A stretch of 64,000 nt of DNA, taken from assembly GCF_003019035.1 (NCBI RefSeq), contig NZ_CP027447.1; one strand, 5' to 3'. A program made the translations under genes and the position numbers. The notes beneath the pieces are model-generated. The model saw nothing but the letters and a program-made list of their open reading frames with translations, ran no database searches and had not been told where the DNA came from. This DNA comes from Escherichia coli. GTDB taxonomy: Bacteria > Pseudomonadota > Gammaproteobacteria > Enterobacterales > Enterobacteriaceae. This document shows positions 21,711 through 34,101 of this stretch, piece after piece (positions within the stretch are counted from its first letter, which is position 1; each line of letters opens with the position of its first letter).

Positions 21711-22616
21711 ATGAGAAAGATAAAAATAGGGCTGGCGCTGGGATCTGGCGCGGCGAGAGGTTGGTCGCATATTGGCGTTATTAATGCGCTAAAAAAAGTG
21801 GGTATTGAAATTGATATCGTTGCAGGATGCTCAATTGGTTCGCTGGTGGGCGCGGCCTATGCATGCGATCGATTATCTGCGCTGGAAGATTGGGTAACCT
21901 CTTTCAGTTATTGGGATGTTTTACGCCTGATGGATCTCTCCTGGCAGCGCGGTGGGTTACTGCGCGGCGAGCGTGTCTTCAATCAATATCGCGAAATAAT
22001 GCCTGAAACAGAGATCGAAAATTGTTCCCGTCGCTTCGCGGCTGTTGCCACCAATTTAAGTACTGGGCGCGAATTATGGTTTACTGAAGGCGATCTCCAT
22101 CTTGCTATTCGTGCATCATGCAGTATTCCAGGACTAATGGCACCCGTTGCGCATAACGGCTACTGGCTGGTTGATGGCGCTGTAGTTAACCCAATTCCTA
22201 TTTCGCTCACGCGTGCATTGGGTGCTGATATTGTGATAGCGGTCGACCTGCAGCACGATGCTCATTTGATGCAACAAGATCTGCTCTCCTTTAATGTCAG
22301 TGAAGAAAATAGCGAGAATGGTGATTCTCTGCCGTGGCATGCGCGTCTGAAAGAAAGGTTGGGCAGCATAACGACACGTCGGGCGGTGACAGCGCCAACG
22401 GCAACAGAGATTATGACCACTTCTATCCAGGTGCTGGAGAACCGCCTTAAAAGGAACCGCATGGCAGGTGATCCGCCCGATATTCTGATTCAACCTGTTT
22501 GCCCGCAAATATCTACGCTTGATTTCCATCGCGCGCACGCTGCCATTGCGGCTGGGCAGCTGGCAGTGGAAAAGAAAATGGACGAACTTTTGCCGTTGGT
22601 ACGCACCAACATTTGA
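21711..22616 (+). CDS. rssA: patatin-like phospholipase RssA
   Basis: ORF track 21672..22616 trimmed to ATG 21711 (MRKIKIGLALGSGAARG...), 301 aa; GxSxG lipase motif (GCSIGS). Confidence 0.9.
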   Translation: MRKIKIGLALGSGAARGWSHIGVINALKKVGIEIDIVAGCSIGSLVGAAYACDRLSALEDWVTSFSYWDVLRLMDLSWQRGGLLRGERVFNQYREIMPETEIENCSRRFAAVATNLSTGRELWFTEGDLHLAIRASCSIPGLMAPVAHNGYWLVDGAVVNPIPISLTRALGADIVIAVDLQHDAHLMQQDLLSFNVSEENSENGDSLPWHARLKERLGSITTRRAVTAPTATEIMTTSIQVLENRLKRNRMAGDPPDILIQPVCPQISTLDFHRAHAAIAAGQLAVEKKMDELLPLVRTNI

Positions 22617-22707
22617 CCAGAATTTTTATCTACACTTAAGTTAATTCTGACAGGCGCAGGTGGCAATAGCATGCCACTATTGAGTAAAGCCAGTCAGGGG
22701 AGAGAAC

Positions 22708-23721
22708 ATGACGCAGCCATTGGTCGGAAAACAGATTCTCATTGTTGAAGATGAGCAGGTATTTCGCTCGCTTCTGGATTCGTGGTTTTCCTCATTGGGA
22801 GCGACAACGGTACTGGCGGCTGATGGGGTGGATGCCCTTGAGTTGCTGGGAGGTTTCACTCCAGACCTGATGATATGTGATATCGCGATGCCACGAATGA
22901 ACGGGCTTAAACTGCTGGAACATATACGCAACAGAGGTGACCAGACACCAGTTCTGGTGATATCTGCCACTGAAAATATGGCAGATATTGCCAAAGCGTT
23001 ACGTCTGGGCGTTGAAGATGTTTTGCTGAAACCAGTTAAAGATCTGAATCGCTTGCGCGAGATGGTTTTTGCCTGTCTCTATCCCAGCATGTTTAATTCC
23101 CGCGTTGAGGAAGAGGAAAGGCTTTTTCGCGACTGGGATGCAATGGTTGATAACCCTGCCGCAGCGGCGAAATTATTACAGGAATTGCAACCGCCGGTTC
23201 AGCAGGTGATTTCCCATTGCCGGGTTAATTATCGACAATTGGTTGCCGCGGACAAACCCGGCCTGGTGCTTGATATTGCCGCACTTTCGGAAAACGATCT
23301 GGCATTTTATTGCCTTGATGTCACCCGAGCTGGACATAATGGCGTACTTGCTGCCTTGTTATTACGCGCATTGTTTAACGGATTATTACAGGAACAGCTT
23401 GCACACCAAAATCAACGGTTGCCAGAGTTGGGCGCGTTATTGAAGCAGGTAAACCATTTACTCCGTCAGGCCAATCTGCCGGGGCAGTTTCCGCTATTAG
23501 TTGGCTATTATCATCGCGAACTGAAAAATCTCATTCTGGTTTCTGCGGGTCTGAATGCGACGTTAAATACCGGCGAACACCAGGTACAAATCAGTAATGG
23601 TGTTCCGTTAGGCACTTTAGGTAACGCTTATTTGAATCAATTGAGCCAGCGATGCGATGCCTGGCAATGTCAAATATGGGGAACCGGTGGTCGGCTTCGC
23701 TTGATGTTGTCTGCAGAATGA
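22708..23721 (+). CDS. rssB: response regulator RssB (adaptor for RpoS proteolysis)
   Basis: 337-aa ORF with CheY-like receiver (ILIVEDEQVFRSLL..., DLMICDIAMP) and PP2C-like C-terminal domain. Confidence 0.93.
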   Translation: MTQPLVGKQILIVEDEQVFRSLLDSWFSSLGATTVLAADGVDALELLGGFTPDLMICDIAMPRMNGLKLLEHIRNRGDQTPVLVISATENMADIAKALRLGVEDVLLKPVKDLNRLREMVFACLYPSMFNSRVEEEERLFRDWDAMVDNPAAAAKLLQELQPPVQQVISHCRVNYRQLVAADKPGLVLDIAALSENDLAFYCLDVTRAGHNGVLAALLLRALFNGLLQEQLAHQNQRLPELGALLKQVNHLLRQANLPGQFPLLVGYYHRELKNLILVSAGLNATLNTGEHQVQISNGVPLGTLGNAYLNQLSQRCDAWQCQIWGTGGRLRLMLSAE

Positions 23722-23922
23722 GCAAACGATAACGCGGGCTAAATTTGCATTACCTGCTAATGTCGGCTGGTGGTACTATCGTCGCCATTCGTATAAGTAA
23801 TTGTCTTAATTATGCTAACTCGCCTCCTTTTCAGAACTTAGCCCCTTCGGGGTGCTGATATACTGGGATGCGATACAGAAATATGAACACGTTCAAAACA
23901 CGAACAGTCCAGGAGAATTTAA

Positions 23923-24831
23923 ATGGCTGCCATTAATACGAAAGTCAAAAAAGCCGTTATCCCCGTTGCGGGATTAGGAACCAGGATGTTGCCGGCGACG
24001 AAAGCCATCCCGAAAGAGATGCTGCCACTTGTCGATAAGCCATTAATTCAATACGTCGTGAATGAATGTATTGCGGCTGGCATTACTGAAATTGTGCTGG
24101 TTACTCACTCATCTAAAAACTCTATTGAAAACCACTTTGATACCAGTTTTGAACTGGAAGCAATGCTGGAAAAACGTGTAAAACGTCAACTGCTTGATGA
24201 AGTGCAGTCTATTTGTCCGCCGCACGTGACTATTATGCAAGTTCGTCAGGGGCTGGCGAAAGGCCTGGGACACGCGGTATTGTGTGCTCACCCGGTAGTG
24301 GGTGATGAACCTGTGGCTGTTATTTTGCCTGACGTTATTCTGGATGAATATGAATCCGATTTGTCACAGGATAACCTGGCAGAGATGATCCGACGCTTTG
24401 ATGAAACGGGTCATAGCCAGATCATGGTTGAACCGGTTGCTGATGTGACCGCATATGGCGTTGTGGATTGCAAAGGCGTTGAATTAGCGCCGGGTGAAAG
24501 CGTACCGATGGTTGGCGTGGTTGAAAAACCAAAAGCGGATGTTGCGCCGTCTAATCTCGCTATTGTGGGGCGTTACGTACTTAGCGCGGATATTTGGCCG
24601 TTGCTGGCAAAAACCCCTCCGGGAGCTGGTGATGAAATTCAGCTCACCGACGCAATTGATATGCTGATCGAAAAAGAAACGGTGGAAGCCTATCATATGA
24701 AAGGGAAGAGCCATGACTGCGGTAATAAATTAGGTTACATGCAGGCCTTCGTTGAATACGGTATTCGTCATAACACCCTTGGCACGGAATTTAAAGCCTG
24801 GCTTGAAGAAGAGATGGGCATTAAGAAGTAA
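23923..24831 (+). CDS. galU: UTP-glucose-1-phosphate uridylyltransferase
   Basis: 302-aa ORF; nucleotidyltransferase motif [26 protein letters not shown]. Confidence 0.95.
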
Positions 24832-24855
24832 CATCCGTATCGGTGTTATCCACGA

Positions 24856-24887
24856 AACGGCGTTGAGCAATCGACGCCGTTTTTTTA
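24856..24887 (+). terminator. rho-independent terminator after galU
   Basis: Stem AACGGCGT/ACGCCGTT with 10-nt loop followed by T7. Confidence 0.7.
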
Positions 24888-24920
24888 TAGCTTATTCTTA
24901 TTAAATTGTCTTAAACCGGA

Positions 24921-24948
24921 CAATAAAAAATCCCGCCGATGGCGGGAT
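24921..24948 (-). terminator. rho-independent terminator after hns
   Basis: Stem ATCCCGCC/GGCGGGAT with GATG loop; on minus strand followed by TTTTTATT. Confidence 0.7.
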
Positions 24949-24975
24949 TTTTAAGCAAGTGCAATCTACAAAAGA

Positions 24976-25389
24976 TTATTGCTTGATCAGGAAATCGTCG
25001 AGGGATTTACCTTGCTCATCCATTGCTTTTTTGATTACAGCTGGAGTACGGCCCTGGCCAGTCCAGGTTTTAGTTTCGCCGTTTTCGTCAACGTAGCTAT
25101 ATTTTGCCGGACGCTGAGCACGTTTAGCTTTGGTGCCAGATTTAACGGCAGCAAGGCTATTCAGCAGTTCGTTCGGGTCAATACCGTCAGCGATCAGCAT
25201 TTCGCGATATTGCTGCAGTTTACGAGTGCGCTCTTCAACTTCAGCAGCAGCCGCGCTTTCTTCTTCGCGACGTTCGTTAACAACAACTTCTAATTTTTCC
25301 AGCATTTCTTCCAGCGTTTCAAGTGTACATTCTCTTGCCTGCGCACGAAGAGTACGGATGTTGTTCAGAATTTTAAGTGCTTCGCTCAT
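24976..25389 (-). CDS. hns: nucleoid-associated protein H-NS
   Basis: 137-aa [44 protein letters not shown]...; C-terminal DNA-binding motif TWTGQGRTP. Confidence 0.97.
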
Positions 25390-25992
25390 TGTAGTAATCT
25401 CAAACTTATATTGGGGTGGTTTGTTGAGGTAATAATAGAGCCTTAAATTCAGTTGTGCAATAGCCAGGAATGTAAGGAATTCAAAATTGTTCTTTATTTT
25501 GTGCCGCCAATAAATATCTTTTCATAAAATTAGCCAGAAAAGACGCGGCATATAGCCCTATTTGCACCGATGATTTCGCAGCACGTGAGGTTAAAACTTC
25601 CTGATTCATGTCACATTTTATGGGGAGATTATCGTAGGCTGACGACCTTTCAGTCTTCTGTATTAGTCGTGTTTACGAGAATTCCCTATTAAGCGAATGA
25701 TGAAAAGTAGAACAGTCGCAATAAGAGCAGGGACTTAGTATTGCACTATCTCCAGGAGGTCAACAGAGGGCTATTACTTGCGCAACAGGTTAAAGATTGT
25801 GAATAGTTACCAGCAGTCATTTACCCGCTTATAACAAGCGAGGCAGTTGTAATGATAGCTCAGAAGGATTATGCAAGGCTTCGTAAGGGAGAACGCATAT
25901 ACCACTTCTGTGCATACTGTTGAGCTGTAAAACTGACGAATTATGATAAACTCCAGCCAACTTTAATTCATATCATTGAGGGCCTGTGGCTG

Positions 25993-26610
25993 ATGGCACA
26001 GCTATATTTCTACTATTCCGCAATGAATGCGGGTAAGTCTACAGCATTGTTGCAATCTTCATACAATTACCAGGAACGCGGCATGCGCACTGTCGTATAT
26101 ACGGCAGAAATTGATGATCGCTTTGGTGCCGGGAAAGTCAGCTCGCGTATAGGTTTGTCATCGCCTGCAAAATTATTTAACCAAAATTCATCATTATTTG
26201 ATGAGATTCGTGCGGAACATGAACAGCAGGCAATTCATTGCGTACTGGTTGATGAATGCCAGTTTTTAACCAGACAACAAGTATATGAATTATCGGAGGT
26301 TGTCGATCAACTCGATATACCCGTACTTTGTTATGGTTTACGTACCGATTTTCGAGGTGAGTTATTTATTGGCAGCCAATACTTACTGGCATGGTCCGAC
26401 AAACTGGTTGAATTAAAAACCATCTGTTTTTGTGGCCGCAAAGCAAGCATGGTGCTGCGTCTTGATCAAGCAGGCAGACCTTATAACGAAGGTGAGCAGG
26501 TGGTTATTGGTGGTAATGAACGCTACGTTTCTGTATGCCGTAAACACTATAAAGAAGCGTTAGAAGTCGGCTCATTAACGGCTATTCAGGAAAGGCATCG
26601 CCACGATTAA
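25993..26610 (+). CDS. tdk: thymidine kinase
   Basis: 205-aa ORF; P-loop SAMNAGKST and zinc-ribbon cysteines. Confidence 0.95.
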
Positions 26611-26912
26611 TAAGAATTTCTTTACTGACAGGGTGAGCAGGGCGCTTTTATCCTGTCAGTTCGTTTTACTCACTTCATCCGGTGTATATACCCTTCTCGA
26701 CAGTTCTTTAACGCCACTATACCCCTCACAGAGCGCTTATACACCGACATTGACTTGTAACCTGTAAAGTACAATATCGCTGTGTGTAGGCGTTATACAT
26801 CGCCGTAAATATGATGAAGGCAAATGCTGTCGATTTATGGGAAAGTTGCTTTGGGTAAAACAAAAAAACGGCCCCAGAAGGGACCGTTTATGTTGCCAGA
26901 CAGCGCTACTGA

Positions 26913-29588
26913 TTAAGCGGATTTCTTCGCTTTTTTCTCAGCTTTAGCCGGAGCGGCTTCTTTTTTCGCTGCAGTTTCACCTTCTACATAATCACGACCG
27001 TAGTAGGTATCCAGCAGAATCTGTTTCAGCTCGGAGATCAGTGGGTAACGCGGGTTAGCGCCGGTGCACTGGTCATCGAATGCATCTTCAGACAGTTTAT
27101 CCACATTCGCCAGGAAGTCTGCTTCCTGAACGCCAGCTTCACGGATAGATTTCGGAATACCCAGTTCAGCTTTCAGCGTTTCCAGCCATGCCAGCAGTTT
27201 CTCGATCTTAGCAGCAGTACGGTCGCCCGGTGCGCTCAGACCCAGGTGGTCAGCAATTTCAGCATAACGACGGCGAGCTTGCGGACGGTCATACTGGCTG
27301 AATGCAGTCTGCTTGGTCGGGTTGTCGTTCGCGTTGTAGCGAATAACGTTACAAATCAGCAGGGCGTTTGCCAGACCGTGCGGAATATGGAACTGGGAAC
27401 CCAGTTTGTGCGCCATTGAGTGACATACACCCAGGAAGGCGTTCGCAAACGCGATACCCGCGATAGTTGCTGCACTGTGAACACGTTCACGCGCTACCGG
27501 ATTTTTAGATCCTTCGTGGTAGGACGCTGGCAGATATTCTTTCAGCAGTTTCAGCGCCTGCAGAGCCTGACCATCAGAGAACTCAGATGCCAGTACAGAA
27601 ACATAAGCTTCCATGGCGTGAGTTACTGCGTCCAGACCACCGAAAGCACACAGGGACTTCGGCATGTCCATAACCAGGTTGGCATCGACAATCGCCATAT
27701 CCGGGGTCAGCGCATAGTCTGCCAGCGGATATTTCTGACCAGTAGCGTCGTCAGTTACAACCGCAAACGGAGTGACTTCAGAACCTGTACCAGAAGTGGT
27801 GGTGACAGCGATCATTTTCGCTTTCACGCCCATTTTCGGGAACTTGTAGATACGTTTACGGATATCCATAAAGCGCAGCGCCAGTTCTTCGAAGTGAGTT
27901 TCCGGATGTTCGTACATGACCCACATGATCTTCGCGGCGTCCATCGGGGAACCACCACCCAGCGCGATAATCACGTCTGGTTTGAAGGAGTTTGCCAGTT
28001 CTGCACCTTTACGAACGATGCTCAGGGTCGGGTCAGCTTCTACTTCGAAGAAGACTTCAGTTTCAACGCCTGCTGCTTTCAGTACGGAAGTGATCTGATC
28101 AGCATAACCATTGTTGAACAGGAAGCGGTCAGTCACGATGAGCGCACGTTTGTGGCCATCAGTAATCACTTCATCCAGCGCGATTGGCAGAGAGCCACGG
28201 CGGAAGTAGATAGATTTCGGAAGTTTGTGCCACAACATGTTTTCAGCTCGCTTAGCAACGGTTTTCTTGTTGATCAGGTGTTTCGGACCAACGTTTTCAG
28301 AGATGGAGTTACCACCCCAGGAACCACAACCCAGAGTCAGGGAAGGTGCGAGTTTGAAGTTATACAGGTCACCGATACCACCCTGAGAAGCCGGGGTGTT
28401 AATCAGGATACGAGCCGTTTTCATTTTCTGACCGAAGTAAGAAACGCGAGCCGGTTGGTTATCCTGGTCAGTGTACAGGCAAGAGGTATGACCGATACCG
28501 CCCATAGCAACCAGTTTCTCTGCTTTTTCTACCGCGTCTTCGAAATCTTTAGCGCGGTACATTGCCAGAGTCGGGGACAGTTTTTCATGTGCGAACGGTT
28601 CGCTTTCATCAACAACGGTCACTTCACCGATCAGAATCTTGGTGTTTTCTGGTACAGAGAAGCCTGCCAGTTCAGCAATTTTATAGGCTGGCTGACCAAC
28701 GATAGCCGCGTTCAGCGCACCGTTTTTCAGGATAACGTCCTGAACAGCTTTCAGCTCTTTACCCTGCAACAGATAGCCGCCGTGGGTTGCGAAACGTTCA
28801 CGTACTGCGTCATAAACAGAGTCAACAACAACAACAGACTGTTCAGAAGCACAGATTACGCCGTTGTCGAAGGTTTTGGACATCAGTACAGATGCAACTG
28901 CACGTTTGATATCAGCAGTTTCATCGATAACAACTGGCGTGTTACCCGCGCCTACACCGATAGCTGGTTTACCGGAGCTGTATGCGGCTTTAACCATGCC
29001 CGGACCACCAGTCGCGAGGATCAGGTTGATGTCTGGGTGGTGCATCAGTGCGTTAGACAGTTCAACAGAAGGTTGATCGATCCAGCCGATCAGATCTTTC
29101 GGAGCACCGGCAGCGATAGCAGCCTGCAGAACGATATCAGCTGCTTTGTTGGTTGCATCTTTTGCACGCGGGTGCGGGGAGAAGATAATGGCGTTACGGG
29201 TCTTCAGGCTGATCAGCGATTTGAAGATAGCAGTTGAAGTCGGGTTAGTGGTCGGAACGATACCGCAAATAATACCGATTGGTTCAGCGATAGTGATGGT
29301 ACCAAAAGTGTCGTCTTCAGACAGAACACCACAGGTTTTTTCATCTTTATAGGCGTTGTAGATATATTCAGAAGCAAAGTGGTTTTTGATCACTTTATCT
29401 TCGACGATACCCATGCCGGATTCGGCAACGGCCATTTTCGCGAGTGGGATTCGAGCATCTGCAGCAGCCAGAGCGGCGGCGCGGAAGATTTTGTCTACTT
29501 GCTCTTGAGTGAAACTGGCATATTCACGCTGGGCTTTTTTTACACGCTCTACGAGTGCGTTAAGTTCAGCGACATTAGTAACAGCCAT
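26913..29588 (-). CDS. adhE: bifunctional acetaldehyde-CoA/alcohol dehydrogenase
   Basis: 891-aa [45 protein letters not shown]...; N-terminal aldehyde DH and C-terminal Fe-ADH domains. Confidence 0.97.
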
Positions 29589-30064
29589 AATGCTCTCCTG
29601 ATAATGTTAAACTTTTTTAGTAAATCATCTGCTCGAATACGAGAGTATAGTCAGTGCGGTGATGATTTGCTTAACCGATGAAAATCAAAAGCTTACTCGC
29701 GCTCACACTCACTGTGATTTACTAAAAGAGTTTAAACATTAGAGTTATTATCTCTAATGCGTCACTTCCAGGTGGCGTAAGCAAGATTACTCACTTCTGG
29801 GTACTGATTACGTGATCCAAATCAAATTTTTGCAAAGCTGACACCTTTCAGCATCGCTTTTCGCCATTATAGCTAACAGTTAATAAATTGTAGTATGATT
29901 TGTTGGCTACATTATCATGTTTTGCACAACCAGATAACAATAACGAATGATAGCAATTTTAAGTAGTTAGGAGGTGAAAAATGCTGTCAAAAGGCGTATT
30001 GTCAGCGCGTCTTTTTAACCTTATTTATGGCTAACATTATCCGGCTTTTGCTTCGGAGCTAACC

Positions 30065-30712
30065 GTGATTCAGACCCTTTTTGATTTTCCCGTTTACTTC
30101 AAATTTTTCATCGGGTTATTTGCGCTGGTCAACCCGGTAGGGATTATTCCCGTCTTTATCAGCATGACCAGTTATCAGACAGCGGCAGCGCGAAACAAAA
30201 CTAACCTTACAGCCAACCTGTCTGTGGCCATTATCTTGTGGATCTCGCTTTTTCTCGGCGACACGATTCTGCAACTTTTTGGTATATCAATTGATTCGTT
30301 CCGTATCGCCGGGGGCATCCTGGTGGTGACGATAGCGATGTCGATGATCAGCGGCAAGCTTGGCGAGGATAAACAGAACAAGCAAGAAAAATCAGAAACC
30401 GCGGTACGTGAAAGCATTGGTGTGGTGCCACTGGCGTTGCCGTTGATGGCGGGGCCAGGGGCGATCAGTTCTACCATCGTCTGGGGTACGCGTTATCACA
30501 GCATTAGCTATCTGTTTGGTTTCTTTGTGGCTATTGCATTGTTCGCTTTATGTTGCTGGGGATTGTTCCGCATGGCACCGTGGCTGGTACGGGTTTTACG
30601 CCAAACCGGCATCAACGTGATCACGCGTATTATGGGGCTATTGCTGATGGCATTGGGGATTGAATTTATCGTTACTGGTATTAAGGGGATTTTCCCCGGC
30701 CTGCTTAATTAA
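30065..30712 (+). CDS. ychE: MarC-family inner-membrane protein YchE
   Basis: 215-aa hydrophobic ORF MIQTLFDFPVYFKFFIGLFALVNPVGIIPVFI... Confidence 0.9.
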   Translation: MIQTLFDFPVYFKFFIGLFALVNPVGIIPVFISMTSYQTAAARNKTNLTANLSVAIILWISLFLGDTILQLFGISIDSFRIAGGILVVTIAMSMISGKLGEDKQNKQEKSETAVRESIGVVPLALPLMAGPGAISSTIVWGTRYHSISYLFGFFVAIALFALCCWGLFRMAPWLVRVLRQTGINVITRIMGLLLMALGIEFIVTGIKGIFPGLLN

Positions 30713-31449
30713 TTCCTTTCAAATGAAACGGAGCTGTCATGCTCCGTTTACTTCGTCATTATTTTTACTTTGTTCCCGCGCAGTTATCAAAAGCAAAAGG
30801 AATGGGTGAAAATATTCTTCTCAAATTACAGTTGGTTATAAGGATTTCCTTAACTGCTTCTCCTCACCATCATGTTATTTTCGCCACATCATAATCCTGG
30901 GCTTGCTGAAGAATAATTGAAATGATATTAGTAATTCCACTGCCTTTGGTAGAGGAAAGTGCTAAATAATAATCAATTGTTAAATTATTGTGCATTTCAC
31001 TACTGGAACTGTAATCAGAAAAGAGAGACATGCTTAACCAATCTCTATTTAATTGAATTAAAAGATGTTTGTTAAGACATGGATGCAAGCTATAGATTCT
31101 GATACGGTCAATAAAAGAGAATTGCTTAACAATTTTGCAAAATGTATTGGCGAGTAAGAACCGCATTTGGTACTTTCCGGGCAACCGCCAGACGATTCTT
31201 TATTGGTAATGAGAATAATTAACAATTAAAGAGCGTCGCGAAAGAATAATGTGTCTCGACAGGGGAGACACAGTACGAATCGACATAAGGTGATCGTCTG
31301 AATCACCAGAATAAATAAAGTCGGTGATAGTAATACGTAACGATAAAGTAACCTGACAGCAGAAAGTCTCCGAGCCTGTGCAGGGTCCCAATCCGGGATT
31401 ACACATGCTGGTTAATACCAGTAATTATAATGAGGGAGTCCAAAAAACA

Positions 31450-33081
31450 ATGACCAACATCACCAAGAGAAGTTTAGTAGCAGCTGGCGTTCTGGCTGCG
31501 CTTATGGCAGGGAATGTCGCGCTGGCAGCTGATGTACCCGCAGGCGTCACACTGGCGGAAAAACAAACGCTGGTACGTAACAATGGTTCAGAAGTTCAGT
31601 CATTAGATCCGCACAAAATTGAAGGTGTTCCGGAGTCTAATATCAGCCGAGACCTGTTTGAAGGCTTACTGGTCAGCGATCTTGACGGCCATCCGGCACC
31701 TGGCGTCGCTGAATCCTGGGATAATAAAGACGCGAAAGTCTGGACCTTCCATTTGCGTAAAGATGCGAAATGGTCTGATGGCACGCCAGTCACAGCCCAA
31801 GACTTTGTGTATAGCTGGCAACGTTCTGTTGATCCGAACACCGCTTCTCCGTATGCCAGTTATCTGCAATATGGGCATATCGCCGGTATTGATGAAATTC
31901 TTGAAGGGAAAAAACCGATTACCGATCTCGGCGTGAAAGCTATTGATGATCACACATTAGAAGTCACCTTAAGTGAACCTGTTCCGTACTTCTATAAATT
32001 ACTTGTTCACCCATCAACTTCACCGGTGCCAAAAGCCGCTATCGAGAAATTCGGCGAAAAATGGACCCAGCCTGGTAATATCGTCACCAACGGTGCCTAT
32101 ACCTTAAAAGATTGGGTCGTAAACGAACGAATCGTTCTTGAACGCAGCCCGACCTACTGGAACAACGCGAAAACCGTTATTAACCAGGTAACCTATTTGC
32201 CTATTGCTTCTGAAGTTACCGATGTCAATCGCTACCGTAGTGGTGAAATCGACATGACTTATAACAACATGCCGATCGAATTGTTCCAGAAGCTGAAAAA
32301 AGAGATCCCGGACGAAGTTCACGTTGATCCATACCTGTGCACTTATTATTACGAAATTAACAACCAGAAACCGCCATTCAACGATGTACGTGTGCGTACC
32401 GCACTGAAACTGGGTATGGACCGCGATATCATTGTTAATAAAGTGAAAGCGCAGGGCGACATGCCAGCCTATGGTTACACTCCACCGTATACTGATGGCG
32501 CAAAATTGACTCAGCCGGAATGGTTTGGCTGGAGCCAGGAAAAACGTAACGAAGAAGCGAAAAAACTGCTGGCTGAAGCGGGTTATACCGCAGACAAACC
32601 GTTGACCATCAACCTGTTGTATAACACCTCCGATCTGCATAAAAAGCTGGCGATTGCTGCCTCTTCATTGTGGAAGAAAAACATTGGTGTAAACGTCAAA
32701 CTGGTTAACCAGGAGTGGAAAACGTTCCTCGACACCCGTCACCAGGGCACTTTTGATGTGGCCCGCGCAGGCTGGTGTGCAGACTACAACGAACCAACTT
32801 CCTTCCTGAACACCATGCTGTCGAACAGCTCGATGAATACCGCGCATTATAAGAGCCCGGCCTTTGACAGCATTATGGCGGAAACGCTGAAAGCGACTGA
32901 CGAGGCGCAGCGCACAGCTCTGTACACTAAAGCAGAACAACAGCTGGATAAGGATTCGGCCATTGTTCCTGTTTATTACTACGTGAATGCGCGTTTGGTG
33001 AAACCGTGGGTTGGTGGCTATACCGGCAAAGATCCGCTGGATAATACCTACACCCGGAATATGTACATTGTGAAGCACTAA
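31450..33081 (+). CDS. oppA: oligopeptide ABC transporter periplasmic binding protein
   Basis: ORF track 31378..33081 trimmed to ATG 31450 (MTNITKRSLVAAGVLAALMAGNVALA signal peptide), 543 aa. Confidence 0.95.
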   Translation: MTNITKRSLVAAGVLAALMAGNVALAADVPAGVTLAEKQTLVRNNGSEVQSLDPHKIEGVPESNISRDLFEGLLVSDLDGHPAPGVAESWDNKDAKVWTFHLRKDAKWSDGTPVTAQDFVYSWQRSVDPNTASPYASYLQYGHIAGIDEILEGKKPITDLGVKAIDDHTLEVTLSEPVPYFYKLLVHPSTSPVPKAAIEKFGEKWTQPGNIVTNGAYTLKDWVVNERIVLERSPTYWNNAKTVINQVTYLPIASEVTDVNRYRSGEIDMTYNNMPIELFQKLKKEIPDEVHVDPYLCTYYYEINNQKPPFNDVRVRTALKLGMDRDIIVNKVKAQGDMPAYGYTPPYTDGAKLTQPEWFGWSQEKRNEEAKKLLAEAGYTADKPLTINLLYNTSDLHKKLAIAASSLWKKNIGVNVKLVNQEWKTFLDTRHQGTFDVARAGWCADYNEPTSFLNTMLSNSSMNTAHYKSPAFDSIMAETLKATDEAQRTALYTKAEQQLDKDSAIVPVYYYVNARLVKPWVGGYTGKDPLDNTYTRNMYIVKH

Positions 33082-33166
33082 TGGCAATACGTGGGGCAGG
33101 CGTGTCCTGCTCCACGGTGTCTGATTTTTATCGCATTACAGAAGGCACAGGCCAGAAGGTAGGGCA

Positions 33167-34087
33167 ATGTTAAAATTTATTCTACGTCGCTGTCTGGAAG
33201 CGATTCCGACGCTATTTATTCTTATTACTATTTCGTTCTTTATGATGCGCCTCGCTCCGGGCAGTCCTTTTACCGGCGAACGTACTTTACCACCGGAAGT
33301 GATGGCCAATATCGAAGCGAAATATCATCTAAATGATCCGATCATGACACAGTATTTCAGCTACCTGAAACAACTGGCGCATGGCGATTTCGGTCCATCG
33401 TTTAAATATAAAGATTATTCGGTCAATGACCTGGTTGCATCCAGTTTTCCCGTTTCTGCCAAACTGGGAGCCGCAGCATTTTTTCTTGCGGTAATACTGG
33501 GTGTTAGTGCTGGCGTTATTGCCGCATTAAAGCAAAACACCAAATGGGACTATACCGTGATGGGGCTGGCAATGACCGGGGTTGTTATCCCCAGTTTTGT
33601 GGTTGCGCCATTATTAGTCATGATATTTGCGATCATTTTGCATTGGCTGCCGGGCGGTGGCTGGAATGGTGGAGCGCTTAAATTCATGATATTGCCAATG
33701 GTGGCGTTATCACTCGCCTATATCGCCAGTATTGCGCGTATTACCCGTGGCTCTATGATTGAGGTTTTACACTCCAACTTTATTCGTACTGCCCGGGCGA
33801 AAGGGTTACCTATGCGGCGGATCATTTTACGCCACGCATTAAAACCTGCTCTGTTACCCGTGCTCTCCTATATGGGCCCTGCATTTGTCGGCATTATTAC
33901 CGGTTCTATGGTCATCGAAACCATTTATGGTTTGCCGGGGATTGGGCAATTGTTCGTTAATGGTGCATTGAACCGTGACTATTCCTTAGTGTTAAGCCTG
34001 ACCATCCTGGTTGGTGCTTTAACCATTTTGTTTAATGCCATTGTCGATGTGCTATATGCGGTTATCGACCCGAAAATCCGTTACTGA
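33167..34087 (+). CDS. oppB: oligopeptide ABC transporter permease
   Basis: 306-aa membrane ORF following oppA. Confidence 0.95.
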   Translation: MLKFILRRCLEAIPTLFILITISFFMMRLAPGSPFTGERTLPPEVMANIEAKYHLNDPIMTQYFSYLKQLAHGDFGPSFKYKDYSVNDLVASSFPVSAKLGAAAFFLAVILGVSAGVIAALKQNTKWDYTVMGLAMTGVVIPSFVVAPLLVMIFAIILHWLPGGGWNGGALKFMILPMVALSLAYIASIARITRGSMIEVLHSNFIRTARAKGLPMRRIILRHALKPALLPVLSYMGPAFVGIITGSMVIETIYGLPGIGQLFVNGALNRDYSLVLSLTILVGALTILFNAIVDVLYAVIDPKIRY

Positions 34088-34101
34088 TACTGGAGCTCGC
34101 G

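Noticed and set aside
27420-29237. 605-aa plus-strand ORF antisense to adhE
   Set aside because: It is fully contained in adhE, and its translation is low-complexity (F/R/Q/V-rich) with no motifs; antisense artefact.
30870-31184. 104-aa minus-strand ORF in the ychE-oppA intergenic region
   Set aside because: It sits in the AT-rich oppA upstream regulatory region, where chance ORFs are common; no convincing RBS and a low-complexity product. The interval length matches the expected ychE-oppA spacing, so no insertion is implied.
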